Notes: generated from the letters alone by a model not told the origin. A stretch of 20,000 nt of DNA from an uncultured virus (IMG/VR IMGVR_UViG_3300021079_000006) (IMGVR_UViG_3300021079_000006:46055-66054), one strand, 5' to 3'; numbered from the stretch's first letter, positions 1 through 8,072 are shown. Translations and numbers: made by a program.

Positions 1-1846
1 CCGAATCCACCAAGGACACTAGTTCCTTTCCAACAGGCTCTGGCTTTTGCTCACTCATAGTAGCCACGTTCCCGCCCCTCTGCCTCATCAAATGCACAAG
101 CATCGAAAGAGAATCCAGCGCATCGGGCGACCCCAGCCGAGTTCTCTTAATGTAATCCTTCTTGCTCTCCACCCGGACCATGCCCTGCCCCTTTTGCATG
201 TATCGCCGAGAGATAGCCTGCTTGGTCAGATCCTCATTCCGAAACCCCGGGCTGATCTTGAGCCACTCAAACTCAAGGTACTTACCCAGCGCAAACAGTA
301 GCTCAGTCACCAGCCCGTTATACAGCTCGCTTGCCTTCTGGCTGTCGTCTCCCATCACAGGCGTGTCCGTCGCCGCCCAGCTATAGTTCAAGCCCATCAC
401 CTCGCTGCCAAACGTCGAGCACAGCACATCGTGAATCCCCGCGCCGTTCCCGGTTCGGTCCACGCACAGCCAACGGGGGCTGATCTTCATCTGCTTGCAG
501 AACTTCGCGATGGCCTGCGCCTGCTCAAGCGTAGCCGCCTTAGGAAAGGGCATCTGACTGTCGAGCTGCATCATCGTCCGAGGGCGTTTGAAGTCGTGGA
601 ACTTCCCAGAGCGGTCGGTCCAGCCGTCGCTCAATCCAAACCGTCCGTAGCTGCACAACACTTGGTCAACGCCTTCTAGGGCAAGATCGAACGAAGCCAA
701 CGGTACAACCGGACCTATGAACCTCACGATGCCCTGTGCGTTGTCCATCATCGCTGGACTGATAATGCCCATGCTGATGCCTTCGTCAGGGAACCAGCCG
801 CGAGCCATTGTCGATGCCTCTGCCGTGCGTCCCTTGCTCACGTAGGCCATGTAGCCTTCGTACGTCTGAAGCCCGTGGAACACCACCCGGCGTTCCTTCA
901 CGTTCTCGGAGTCTGCTCCGTCCAGCCGGATCACCTGCCAGTCGTCTCGGCTTCGCCAGTCCCTGTCCAACTCCATGTCTATGCTGCCCCATCCAAACTT
1001 CGGTTCGCACCGCTGGCCGAACTGGCTTGTCCTGTCTCGAGGGTTCGACGCAGCAAACACCTTGATCCGTCCCGGGGTGCTCGAGTCCGCTGCCGTCAGA
1101 CAGTTCATGACGCCAGCCCAGACGCCGTCCGGGACCTCCTCAGCCTCATCCAACACTATGTGCGTCCGGGACACCTTGCCCCACCGGGGGTGCGCCGGGC
1201 CAAACCGGGGCGACGGGTGGAACCCACGCAGGCTCCCGTGGCCGCTCTCCCCCTTTGGTATGGCGACCAAATGGATGCCTTGCTTGCTGTCGGTCGTGGA
1301 TTGGATGCTCGTGGCGAGGTCGTCGTCCATGCCCCCGGGGCGGACCAGCGCCGTCCGATGGAATGTCTTGATCGAGGCGAAGATGTTTCGCGTAGCGTGA
1401 GCAGCCGTCAGCGAGACGACCTTGATGCACGTCCAGTCCGGGTCCCTGTACCAGTCAAGGTAGAACCATGCCGCTGCCCCGTAGCTCTTGCCCATCGACC
1501 CGGCTCCCTGCACCAACAGCTTGTCCGTGCCCATCAGGCCCTCCCATACCCGGCGGCAGCTCTCGGGCCTCCAGTCGAACGCCCCGGGTCCCCACAGCAG
1601 GATGGCCGCAGGCTCGAACAGGTCAGCGTCGAGCAGGTGCTGAACGTAGCTGCGAACGATCCGTTCCGCCATTGCCTCGGTGAGGGCTAGCTTGCCTCGG
1701 TGCTGGAGTGCCGCTGAAGCAATGTAGGCCGCGCAACGGATTAGCCCGCGCTCCTCACTAGAGTCAGCCAGCTCCCGGGCCTCGGTAGCGATGCGGATCG
1801 CCCGGGCTACCGGGGGTGGCAGTGTGGTGAGGAGGTCGTCGCTCAT
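1..1846 (-). CDS. terL: Terminase large subunit (partial, runs off left edge)
   Basis: Translated manually (not in the track because there is no stop in the window): MSDDLLTTLPPP... Contains Walker A GAGSMGKS, Walker B IVLDEAEEV, coupling motif AASNP, and RNase H-like nuclease motifs SFDLALEGVD, CVDRTGNGAG and C-terminal GSPDALDSL. The start ATG overlaps the upstream stop (ATGA at 1843-1846). Confidence 0.92.
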   Translation of the reverse strand, partial: MSDDLLTTLPPPVARAIRIATEARELADSSEERGLIRCAAYIASAALQHRGKLALTEAMAERIVRSYVQHLLDADLFEPAAILLWGPGAFDWRPESCRRVWEGLMGTDKLLVQGAGSMGKSYGAAAWFYLDWYRDPDWTCIKVVSLTAAHATRNIFASIKTFHRTALVRPGGMDDDLATSIQSTTDSKQGIHLVAIPKGESGHGSLRGFHPSPRFGPAHPRWGKVSRTHIVLDEAEEVPDGVWAGVMNCLTAADSSTPGRIKVFAASNPRDRTSQFGQRCEPKFGWGSIDMELDRDWRSRDDWQVIRLDGADSENVKERRVVFHGLQTYEGYMAYVSKGRTAEASTMARGWFPDEGISMGIISPAMMDNAQGIVRFIGPVVPLASFDLALEGVDQVLCSYGRFGLSDGWTDRSGKFHDFKRPRTMMQLDSQMPFPKAATLEQAQAIAKFCKQMKISPRWLCVDRTGNGAGIHDVLCSTFGSEVMGLNYSWAATDTPVMGDDSQKASELYNGLVTELLFALGKYLEFEWLKISPGFRNEDLTKQAISRRYMQKGQGMVRVESKKDYIKRTRLGSPDALDSLSMLVHLMRQRGGNVATMSEQKPEPVGKELVSLVDS

Positions 1847-2256
1847 AGTAGCTTGAATTCAGCGATGGGGATGTGCGCCATCGACTCGATATCTTGTGCG
1901 TCTGCCCTGTCCCGCCTGCCGCCCGAACGCACTTCGTATCGCTCGGGTTGCACCCATCCAAGGCAGTCCGTCCACTGCACCACCAACATAAACGGCAGGT
2001 TAGTCTGTTCAGCAAGGGCGCGACCCGCCAGCATCTTTGCCTCGGACACTGCGTAGGTGTCGTACTGCGATTGAGGGTTGCTGCGGCACTTGATCTCGAC
2101 CCACGCCATCAGCCTGCCGTTGCGATACAGGGCATAGTCCACCCCGCATAGCTTCGGCATCCGCAACCCCTGACATCGCCACCGCTCAAACAGTGTCTCC
2201 ATCACTGCCGCCTCGTTGGCTCGGTCCGCCTCTGTCTCGTAGATGGGTCGGCTCAT
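1843..2256 (-). CDS. PD-(D/E)XK restriction-endonuclease-like protein
   Basis: Motif VDYAL...WVEIKCR. Probable start MSRPIYETE at 2256, with ATGA overlaps at both ends. Confidence 0.7.
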   Translation of the reverse strand: MSRPIYETEADRANEAAVMETLFERWRCQGLRMPKLCGVDYALYRNGRLMAWVEIKCRSNPQSQYDTYAVSEAKMLAGRALAEQTNLPFMLVVQWTDCLGWVQPERYEVRSGGRRDRADAQDIESMAHIPIAEFKLL

Positions 2257-2363
2257 CGCCACGGGTTTGCCCAGCGCCACATGTACGCCAGCGCCCCCAG
2301 CGACACCATCCCGTAGAGGATGCCGATGAAGTCGCCGACACGGATGTCTACTCCGATGATCAT
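2253..2363 (-). CDS. 36-aa predicted single-pass membrane peptide
   Basis: Manual translation MIIGVDIRVGDFIGILYGMVSLGALAYMWRWANPWR*. It fills the gap, and its TGA overlaps the next ATG. Confidence 0.55.
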   Translation of the reverse strand: MIIGVDIRVGDFIGILYGMVSLGALAYMWRWANPWR

Positions 2364-2367
2364 GCGG

Positions 2368-2670
2368 TCACGGACGAAGGATGATGCGGCCATTGCTGCG
2401 ACCCAGTGGCTGTACGAACAGTCCCGTGGCATCCCGGCGGACCCGAAGACGCTGTGTCTGGCCGAGCAGCCAGCCGGGGTTGGCCGTGGGACCGCTGCCT
2501 GTGGGCTGTGTGCGCTTGAAGACAGCGAACGTCTTGGAGACGGCCACGCACAGGAACGTCAAGTCAGGCATGACTGCGGCCTCGGCGTTGTTCTGCTCGT
2601 CGTAGGGGCGCAGTCCGTAGTTAGTCAGTGAGTTGGTGTAGGTGTTACCCTCGGTGAAGTAAGTTGCCAT
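2368..2670 (-). CDS. Hypothetical protein (100 aa)
   Basis: ATG preceded by an A/C-rich leader like the other genes; co-oriented with the operon. Confidence 0.6.
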   Translation of the reverse strand: MATYFTEGNTYTNSLTNYGLRPYDEQNNAEAAVMPDLTFLCVAVSKTFAVFKRTQPTGSGPTANPGWLLGQTQRLRVRRDATGLFVQPLGRSNGRIILRP

Positions 2671-2784
2671 AATAGGTGTAGGTTGCTGATTGGTTGATGT
2701 TTACGAGCTAAAAGCAGTGGGGTTTTCCACTCCATATGACTTATGTTGTACGGGGTTATGGGTAAGTTGTTGAGTTTTAGATGC

Positions 2785-3333
2785 TTACAAGGGTGCTGTT
2801 GTAGCGTGCTTTAGAACCTCGTCTAACCCGGGCTGATTCATCGGTGCAGACTGATACATCAGCTCTGCTGCCTCAGGGGCGACAATGACGGCCTCCATCC
2901 ATTCCCGGGGTGGGTTGGGATGGTTGCGATGGTAGACCTCGAAGGTCAGCTTAATGTCACCACCAGTGTCCAGCGTCACATTGTCAGCCAGTTCCCCAGC
3001 GAGCTTAGCGTCGGCCATCAGAGCGCCCAGACGGTCAAAGGTCGCCTCGATCTTCCCGTCGGTCTTCTTGACGACCCGGGTTGGCACGGTCCCCTCGATC
3101 ATTTGCCGCAGCAGGTCCCGCTTGTTGTCGATGGCCATGAGGGACCGACAGTTGACCTCGGTCTGGATTTCCGCGATGCGGGCCTTGATGTCAACCTTCT
3201 TGTAGAGCTGGTAGCCGATCTGCCCGGGATTGTTGGCATGCGGGGCAAGCTGGGTGTAAGCCGACTTGCGGTCCAGTCCTTCGGCGACAAGCCAGCAGAA
3301 TCGCTCGTGCAGTCTGTTGGTCAAACGAGGCAT
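2785..3333 (-). CDS. terS: Terminase small subunit
   Basis: N-terminal HTH pattern typical of TerS (LTNRLHERFCWLVAEG...AY...IKARIAEIQ) followed by oligomerisation helices; lies upstream of terL. Confidence 0.75.
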   Translation of the reverse strand: MPRLTNRLHERFCWLVAEGLDRKSAYTQLAPHANNPGQIGYQLYKKVDIKARIAEIQTEVNCRSLMAIDNKRDLLRQMIEGTVPTRVVKKTDGKIEATFDRLGALMADAKLAGELADNVTLDTGGDIKLTFEVYHRNHPNPPREWMEAVIVAPEAAELMYQSAPMNQPGLDEVLKHATTAPL

Positions 3334-3335
3334 GA

Positions 3336-3401
3336 TCAGCGGGTTAGAACAGAGACGGCAGAAAAGGGGGCGCGACCCACAGTGTTGGAGTTTGTTGTCA
3401 T
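3336..3401 (-). CDS. Putative 21-aa leader ORF upstream of terS
   Basis: MTTNSNTVGRAPFSAVSVLTR*. First ATG after the predicted promoter, with an A-rich leader; stops 2 nt before the terS ATG. Confidence 0.35.
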   Translation of the reverse strand: MTTNSNTVGRAPFSAVSVLTR

Positions 3402-3420
3402 TGTAGTGCTTTTGGGTTGG

Positions 3421-3449
3421 ATAATGCCTGTTTACATCATTGAGGTCAA
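3421..3449 (-). promoter_or_regulatory. Sigma70-like promoter for the packaging operon
   Basis: Minus strand TTGACC-N17-CATTAT, just downstream of a terminator. Confidence 0.55.
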
Positions 3450-3493
3450 ACGGATGATTTTGGGCGTTGTAGTCAGAATTGTTAAAATATACG

Positions 3494-3532
3494 AAAAAAC
3501 CGTCAAACCACTTGATTTGGCTTGACGGTTTT
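3494..3532 (-). terminator. Intrinsic terminator
   Basis: Minus strand AAAACCGTCAAGCCA-AATCAAG-TGGTTTGACGGTTTTTT, a long stem plus T-tract following the 3555..3860 gene. Confidence 0.7.
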
Positions 3533-3554
3533 GATTACCCTTATTTCCGACAGG

Positions 3555-3860
3555 CTATCGATGGACTGAGGATAGAGCGGCGGCTAAGGCGGCTGCGACG
3601 GGATTGATGGGTGCGACCTTATGACCTTGGGTTTGCTTGTAGCTGGCGGCTGATCGATTGATGTTTTCGACCCGATGAATAGCCTTGATGGCCTTAGCAG
3701 CCTCAGCCTGCTGGTGTTTAGCGATGACGACTGGCGGCGATTCGTGGGTGAGGTCGCCGTTGGTTAGCTCTTCGTAGACTGGGCAGATGTCCCGGTGGAA
3801 GTCGGTTAGTTCAGCCCCGCAGGAACAGGCGACGGTGCGGTTGTGGAATCGTTTACTCAT
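3555..3860 (-). CDS. Hypothetical protein with CxC...HxxxC putative metal-binding motif
   Basis: Likely start MSKRFHNRTVACSCG at 3860, overlapping the upstream stop. Confidence 0.55.
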   Translation of the reverse strand: MSKRFHNRTVACSCGAELTDFHRDICPVYEELTNGDLTHESPPVVIAKHQQAEAAKAIKAIHRVENINRSAASYKQTQGHKVAPINPVAAALAAALSSVHR

Positions 3861-4197
3861 AACATTGCTTGGATTTTTCTGCATCCTCCCATTTACCCAA
3901 CGCCCGCAGGAAAGCCTCTGCACGTTGGCGGGCGGTGGCATTCCAGACGTACCGCGATGCTGGATGATTTTCTAAACGCTCGCGCAGGTGTTTTCTGATG
4001 AAAACACATTGTTCATCCGTCAGCACCTTCTCCGCCTCATGCATGGCGTTGAGGTCGTTACAGTAGTCCTCAATTCCAGTCCGGCCCCCGTCGTGCGTTT
4101 TCGAATTAACCCCCATCAACCCAAACTCTGGGTGCTCAATGATGTCAGTCCACCCGCACGCCTCGGCTATCGCCGTGTTGATCTGTTGGTCGTTCAT
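3853..4197 (-). CDS. Phage ABA-sandwich-domain-like protein
   Basis: INTAIAEACGW...DYCNDLNAMHEAEKVL...ATARQRAEAFLRA pattern; AAGGAGG upstream; ATGA overlap at 4194-4197. Confidence 0.6.
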   Translation of the reverse strand: MNDQQINTAIAEACGWTDIIEHPEFGLMGVNSKTHDGGRTGIEDYCNDLNAMHEAEKVLTDEQCVFIRKHLRERLENHPASRYVWNATARQRAEAFLRALGKWEDAEKSKQCYE

Positions 4198-4520
4198 TTC
4201 CCCTCCTTTGCTGCCGCGATAAGTTCGTCCGCTTCGTCTAATGCCATATCTGCCCCGTAGCACCAATCTTGCGCCAAGAACATCGCCGCAATCTCCAGCC
4301 GCGAGGGTTCTGGGCGGGTGTGCGCGGTCTCTGCAAGGGCTTTCTCAAGCTTTTCCAGTTCGTGTCCTCTGCTGACTCGCCGGGCGTTTGCTTGGCCCTC
4401 GAGCAGCTCGGCCCGCTCGGAGTCGACGATGACTGTGACGTGGGGGTGACGGTTGTCTGCGAGCCACTGCATGAGTGGCATGGCTGCTTCCCGGAAGGCC
4501 TTGAATTCTTGTTCGATCAT
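4194..4520 (-). CDS. Hypothetical phage protein
   Basis: PLMQWLADNRHPHVTVIVDSERAELLEG N-terminal motif recurrent in phages; A-rich leader. Confidence 0.65.
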   Translation of the reverse strand: MIEQEFKAFREAAMPLMQWLADNRHPHVTVIVDSERAELLEGQANARRVSRGHELEKLEKALAETAHTRPEPSRLEIAAMFLAQDWCYGADMALDEADELIAAAKEGK

Positions 4521-4598
4521 GGTGTTTTGGTTTGATGAATGATTGTGATGTTTTAGAGTGACGGCCTAACCAAACGCTGGGCGGCGTTGGTGACGTGG

Positions 4599-4645
4599 AC
4601 AGGAAAGCCCCGGCCCGTCATGTGACGGTGTCCGGGGCAATCTGT
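4599..4645 (-). other. Long GC-rich intergenic stem-loop
   Basis: GCCCCGG/CCGGGGC outer stem and CCGTC/GACGG inner stem right after the stop at 4651; no clear U-tract. Confidence 0.5.
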
Positions 4646-4650
4646 TGTGG

Positions 4651-5196
4651 TTATATGGTTGCGGCCATGCGTGCGCCGATATCTTTGGCCCGTTTGATGA
4701 TGAGGTCGATGTCGTCTTTGTGGCCTGCGAGCAGCCTGTTGGCTGATATGAGGTCTGCCCGGAGTAGGAGGCTATTGAGCACCGTGTTGGCGTGGAGCTC
4801 GGCTTTGGATAGCATGGGCATGACTGGTTGCGCTGGCTGTTTGCGGTATGGAGGCGCAAAACTTCTAAGTTGATGTTGGTCATGCAAGGCTTCGGCCATT
4901 CTTACTGTGGCCTGCTCGCATTCATGCTTCCACTTGTCGCGATCTTCCCGGGTCTTCTCAAGCTCGGCATTCGTTTTGACGCAAGATTGTTTCCATTCAT
5001 CCCGGGCTGATTTCAGAGCTTCGATCTGAATATCCCGGAAGGTGACCTTGCTTTGCAGTTCGCTGATACGCTGGGCGACTATAGGCTTGGGTTCTTGTTT
5101 AAGCTTTTCCAGCTCGGTCATTACTTTCCCGTGTTCAGCCTGCCACCAGTCCCGGTTATCGATGATTTCCTGTATGTCTTTAATGGTCTGGTTCAT
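4651..5196 (-). CDS. Coiled-coil hypothetical protein
   Basis: Likely start MNQTIKDIQ at 5196 (ATGA overlap); heptad-rich, with a repeated RDxWK motif. Confidence 0.6.
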   Translation of the reverse strand: MNQTIKDIQEIIDNRDWWQAEHGKVMTELEKLKQEPKPIVAQRISELQSKVTFRDIQIEALKSARDEWKQSCVKTNAELEKTREDRDKWKHECEQATVRMAEALHDQHQLRSFAPPYRKQPAQPVMPMLSKAELHANTVLNSLLLRADLISANRLLAGHKDDIDLIIKRAKDIGARMAATI

Positions 5197-5636
5197 AATG
5201 TTTTGATGGCTTGATCTACTAATATGTCGATGATTTCTCCTGCGAGTTGTTTTGCTGTTGTTTTTTCTGCTCCGGAATCTGAAATGAATCCGATGAATTG
5301 CTTTTGATTGTGAGCGAGAAACGAGATGAGTAGGTCTAGGTGTAACCAATTGAGCTGATCACTGTAGTGTAGCAAAAACGCGGGGGTGCGTTCGCCAACG
5401 TGGGCTCCCGCGATGTTGAAGTCGAAGAATTCCTCCGCGTCTTCAAGGTCTACCCCTGCGCCTTCCTTGATGCCTTGTATGGTGCGTTCTTGGTCGTACA
5501 CCGCAATGGCAGTGTGGTTAATGAATGCAACTCCGACGAACGCATGATCATGGCCGTCCGCGAACAGAATGGGCTCTTCTGGGGCGGCAGCCTCGCACCA
5601 TTGCTCAATGTTCCTTCTCTGAGCGCAAGATGGCAT
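5193..5636 (-). CDS. Conserved acidic phage hypothetical protein (start uncertain)
   Basis: LFADGHDHAFVGV...AVYD...EDAEEFFDFNIAGAHVGERTPAF matches a recurrent phage family. The track's N-terminal extension overlaps another gene. Confidence 0.6.
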   Translation of the reverse strand: MPSCAQRRNIEQWCEAAAPEEPILFADGHDHAFVGVAFINHTAIAVYDQERTIQGIKEGAGVDLEDAEEFFDFNIAGAHVGERTPAFLLHYSDQLNWLHLDLLISFLAHNQKQFIGFISDSGAEKTTAKQLAGEIIDILVDQAIKTL

Positions 5637-5802
5637 TAACGGCCTCGAGAGCTTTTTGGCCTTCTGTGTACGGGCTCCAACCTGAGGCTTGGAGGATGCC
5701 TTGGATGTTGATGGCTGCGGCTTTCCAGAGGTCTCTGGAATAGGTGAGACCGTCGATTTTGGCTTTAAGGGCTTGGATGGTTTTTTCATGGCTATTCTTC
5801 AT
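5605..5802 (-). CDS. Hypothetical protein (65 aa)
   Basis: Overlaps the upstream gene end; SRDLWK resembles the RDxWK motif of the 4651..5196 product. Confidence 0.55.
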   Translation of the reverse strand: MKNSHEKTIQALKAKIDGLTYSRDLWKAAAINIQGILQASGWSPYTEGQKALEAVNAILRSEKEH

Positions 5803-6178
5803 CGGTTTCTATGCTGTTGCTTTTAAGGTATTCCAGATCTGGAAAATAGGAGTCAACTTGTGATTTTTTGAGGACAAATACGCCCCTGAGATCCGGGTGA
5901 TCCCGGAGAATAAAGCGGACGTACACGGCTGCGAGCGGATCGCTTATCTTGAAGCCCTCGGTCTTGACGGTCTCGACGTTAATCTTCCATCGTAAGACTT
6001 CAAACAACATGTTGATGCCGATGTTTCTCTGTCCTGACCGTGAGACCTCGTAGGCCATGTTTACCAAGAGGGGCATGACATGAGGATTGGCCTTGTGATA
6101 AACGTGAAACCGCTCCCACAGGGTTTTCTTCAGCTTCTTTGGCTTCTCATCGAAGTCAAACTCGGGATGCTCATTCAT
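5792..6178 (-). CDS. Conserved phage hypothetical protein
   Basis: FHVYHKANPHV...EVLRW...FKISD...YVR...HPDLRGVF pattern recurrent in phages. Confidence 0.65.
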   Translation of the reverse strand: MNEHPEFDFDEKPKKLKKTLWERFHVYHKANPHVMPLLVNMAYEVSRSGQRNIGINMLFEVLRWKINVETVKTEGFKISDPLAAVYVRFILRDHPDLRGVFVLKKSQVDSYFPDLEYLKSNSIETDEE

Positions 6179-6488
6179 GTTCTATTTGTTTAAAGAAAAT
6201 GAGGTTGCGAACCGCATGAACAAATTCCACGTCGCCAAAGTAAATATCAAAGACGGCCAGCCAATGCTGTTCATCCACTGATGCCTGCCCGGTTTCCCCT
6301 TTCTTTTTAATTTGGGCAAGCGAATCACAGAACGCTGCTATCATTAGGTTTGCAGCTCTATATGAACTGATTTCTCCTTTGATCGGAAAAGCGCCGATAG
6401 AAGTGCCGAGGCCAGTGATCTTCTGCCCAATGATTACCAATGCCTCGCTGGCGTTTTTTGGAACTTCAAATATGTGTCGTTCGTTCAT
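6171..6488 (-). CDS. Hypothetical protein
   Basis: Likely start MNERHIF at 6488 (ATGA overlap). Confidence 0.55.
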   Translation of the reverse strand: MNERHIFEVPKNASEALVIIGQKITGLGTSIGAFPIKGEISSYRAANLMIAAFCDSLAQIKKKGETGQASVDEQHWLAVFDIYFGDVEFVHAVRNLIFFKQIEHE

Positions 6489-6739
6489 AGCTTTCCTGCT
6501 TTGCAAAGGTTGAGTGTTTCGAGCCATTCAAGGCACTTGTTCCCGCTGTGCTGCACGACTGTTGGCCGGGCGGCATCGCAAAGCGCCGTGAGCGCCTTGA
6601 CTGTGGCTTTTAAACGCCGAATCTCGGCCTCGGCCAATTCGAGGGCGTGGTCTTCATCCATGATGGGAGGTGGCTCGCCTTGACCGTATCCAGACCACTC
6701 TACGTGGCGGACAAATGTGGGATCGTTTTTGCTTCTCAT
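6485..6739 (-). CDS. Hypothetical protein (84 aa)
   Basis: Tightly packed between neighbours; short coiled coil. Confidence 0.55.
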   Translation of the reverse strand: MRSKNDPTFVRHVEWSGYGQGEPPPIMDEDHALELAEAEIRRLKATVKALTALCDAARPTVVQHSGNKCLEWLETLNLCKAGKL

Positions 6740-6740
6740 G

Positions 6741-7196
6741 TTAAGCTAGTTTGATGATGGTTTCTGCAACCGCGTCTAAAGTCCCAGCTTTTTTAAGAAC
6801 AGAAATGCGTTCGCATAATTCCACGAACTCTCGCAATCTCGCAATTTCTCGGTCGTGTTCAGCGCCAACAAAAAAAGTGCGAATGTCCTGAAGTTCTTTT
6901 TTAATAGTATTAATTTCAGCAACGTAGGCTATTTTAAACCCCTTGATTGCAGAGATGTTGTTTTTCATGTTTTCCCGGTGGCGATCCATGTCACCGCCTA
7001 TGCCTCTGTACAGTTCGTCAATGATTGATCGTGCGTCCTGAGCTGCCAGCACCATAGGTCTGGTTTCTCTTGGCATTTTCCCTATCTGCTCCGCGATTAA
7101 GACAGCTAAGTCGTCGAAGGAATAGCATTCCTCGCCTCTGAACATTTGCGTTCTGATTTTGCTGTCGCTGTCTGTGCTGCTTTTGATTTCGGACAT
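6741..7196 (-). CDS. Hypothetical alpha-helical protein (151 aa)
   Basis: Full ORF with AT-rich leader; co-oriented. Confidence 0.65.
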   Translation of the reverse strand: MSEIKSSTDSDSKIRTQMFRGEECYSFDDLAVLIAEQIGKMPRETRPMVLAAQDARSIIDELYRGIGGDMDRHRENMKNNISAIKGFKIAYVAEINTIKKELQDIRTFFVGAEHDREIARLREFVELCERISVLKKAGTLDAVAETIIKLA

Positions 7197-7217
7197 AATT
7201 TATCTATTTATTTTTAG

Positions 7218-7553
7218 TTACAGGCTTTTGATTTTGAACACTCTCGCCAACACTTCCCTGCTGGTCTGCGGGATGGATAGCGTCGTGGGGCCTTCGTCCG
7301 GGGTGTTGTAGCTGACGACCTCTACGCCGTTCTGAAGCAGCACAGCAATAGCCTGACGCTCAAAGTCGCAGATGTTTGTGTCGTATGGGATTGTCAGGCT
7401 GCGCCCCCGGGCTCGGTAACTAAGTTTGACCCGGTCGCCACGCTTGGCTGTGGATGGCAGGTAACGCACTTCGATTTCGTCGTGCTTAGGTGTTTTGGAA
7501 GCGACCTGTATTGTGAGTTCGCCTGTTGTTTTGGTGTTTATGGCTTCTAGCAT
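7218..7553 (-). CDS. Hypothetical early protein
   Basis: IEVRYLPSTAKRGDRVKL motif recurrent in small phage early genes; A-rich leader. Confidence 0.6.
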   Translation of the reverse strand: MLEAINTKTTGELTIQVASKTPKHDEIEVRYLPSTAKRGDRVKLSYRARGRSLTIPYDTNICDFERQAIAVLLQNGVEVVSYNTPDEGPTTLSIPQTSREVLARVFKIKSL

Positions 7554-7573
7554 ATATATGTGTTTGGTTTAAT

Positions 7574-7638
7574 GGGGCTTGATTGCCCCCTGCTACCTAC
7601 GGTTTGTGCCCGGGGACAGAAACCGTAGGCAGACGGGG
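7574..7638 (-). other. Structured intergenic element (two hairpins)
   Basis: 13-bp stem CTGCCTACGGTTT/AAACCGTAGGTAG (one G-U pair on the minus strand) at 7593-7632, plus GGGGC-AATCAA-GCCCC at 7574-7589. Confidence 0.55.
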
Positions 7639-7647
7639 ACACTCACG

Positions 7648-7893
7648 CTAGTTTAGCGACATGATGACGGTTGGCGCACAGCCCTCTGGAACGTCTTCCA
7701 GAACTTCACGAACGGCCCGGAGGTGAGCTTTGATGGCACTTTCCTTGTTCCCGGTGTAGACGGCCTCGCCAATCTGGTCGCAATTGGAATTTTTGATCTG
7801 CGTGAGGTAACTGCGCTCTTGTCGAAGATACCAAGTTTCGACGAACCGGGCGTCGTGGGCAGGCGTGGCCTTGATGTAGTCGTGGAGGTGCAT
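7648..7893 (-). CDS. Hypothetical early protein (81 aa)
   Basis: FVETWYLRQERSYLTQIKNSNCDQIGEAVYTGNK; lies downstream of a predicted promoter. Confidence 0.6.
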   Translation of the reverse strand: MHLHDYIKATPAHDARFVETWYLRQERSYLTQIKNSNCDQIGEAVYTGNKESAIKAHLRAVREVLEDVPEGCAPTVIMSLN

Positions 7894-7980
7894 TAGGCGA
7901 GGGAAGCTGTGATGTCTTTGGTTGGGATGTCCCAGAGCGCACTGGCGTCGATGTATGGTTGAAATTGACTGACAGGTGAA

Positions 7981-8009
7981 GCGATACCCGAATCAAATTT
8001 CCCGGGCAA
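7981..8009 (-). promoter_or_regulatory. Putative early promoter
   Basis: TTGCCC-N17-TATCGC with AT-rich upstream region; flanks shared with two other sites. Confidence 0.4.
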
Positions 8010-8035
8010 GCAATTTTGTAAAAACAATTCAAACA

Positions 8036-8072
8036 AAGCCGCAAGCTGCTGTTTTGTAGCAACTTGCGGCTT
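8036..8072. terminator. Bidirectional intrinsic terminator-like hairpin
   Basis: AAGCCGCAAG...CTTGCGGCTT inverted repeat with T-rich flanks on both strands, directly after the stop at 8083. Confidence 0.7.

Noticed and set aside
47..1690. Plus-strand ORFs including 875..1690 (271 aa)
   Set aside because: Antisense shadows of terL, which has full motif support on the minus strand.
4194..4310. Similarity of this C-terminus to the 16273..16500 product as a recent duplication
   Set aside because: Only a loose helical pattern at protein level; no DNA repeat is evident.
4560..4610. HDV-like or pistol ribozyme (TCCACGT resembles the HDV-like L3 loop)
   Set aside because: P3 is incomplete, no P1 partner or P1.1 GG was found, and the pistol conserved segments are absent.
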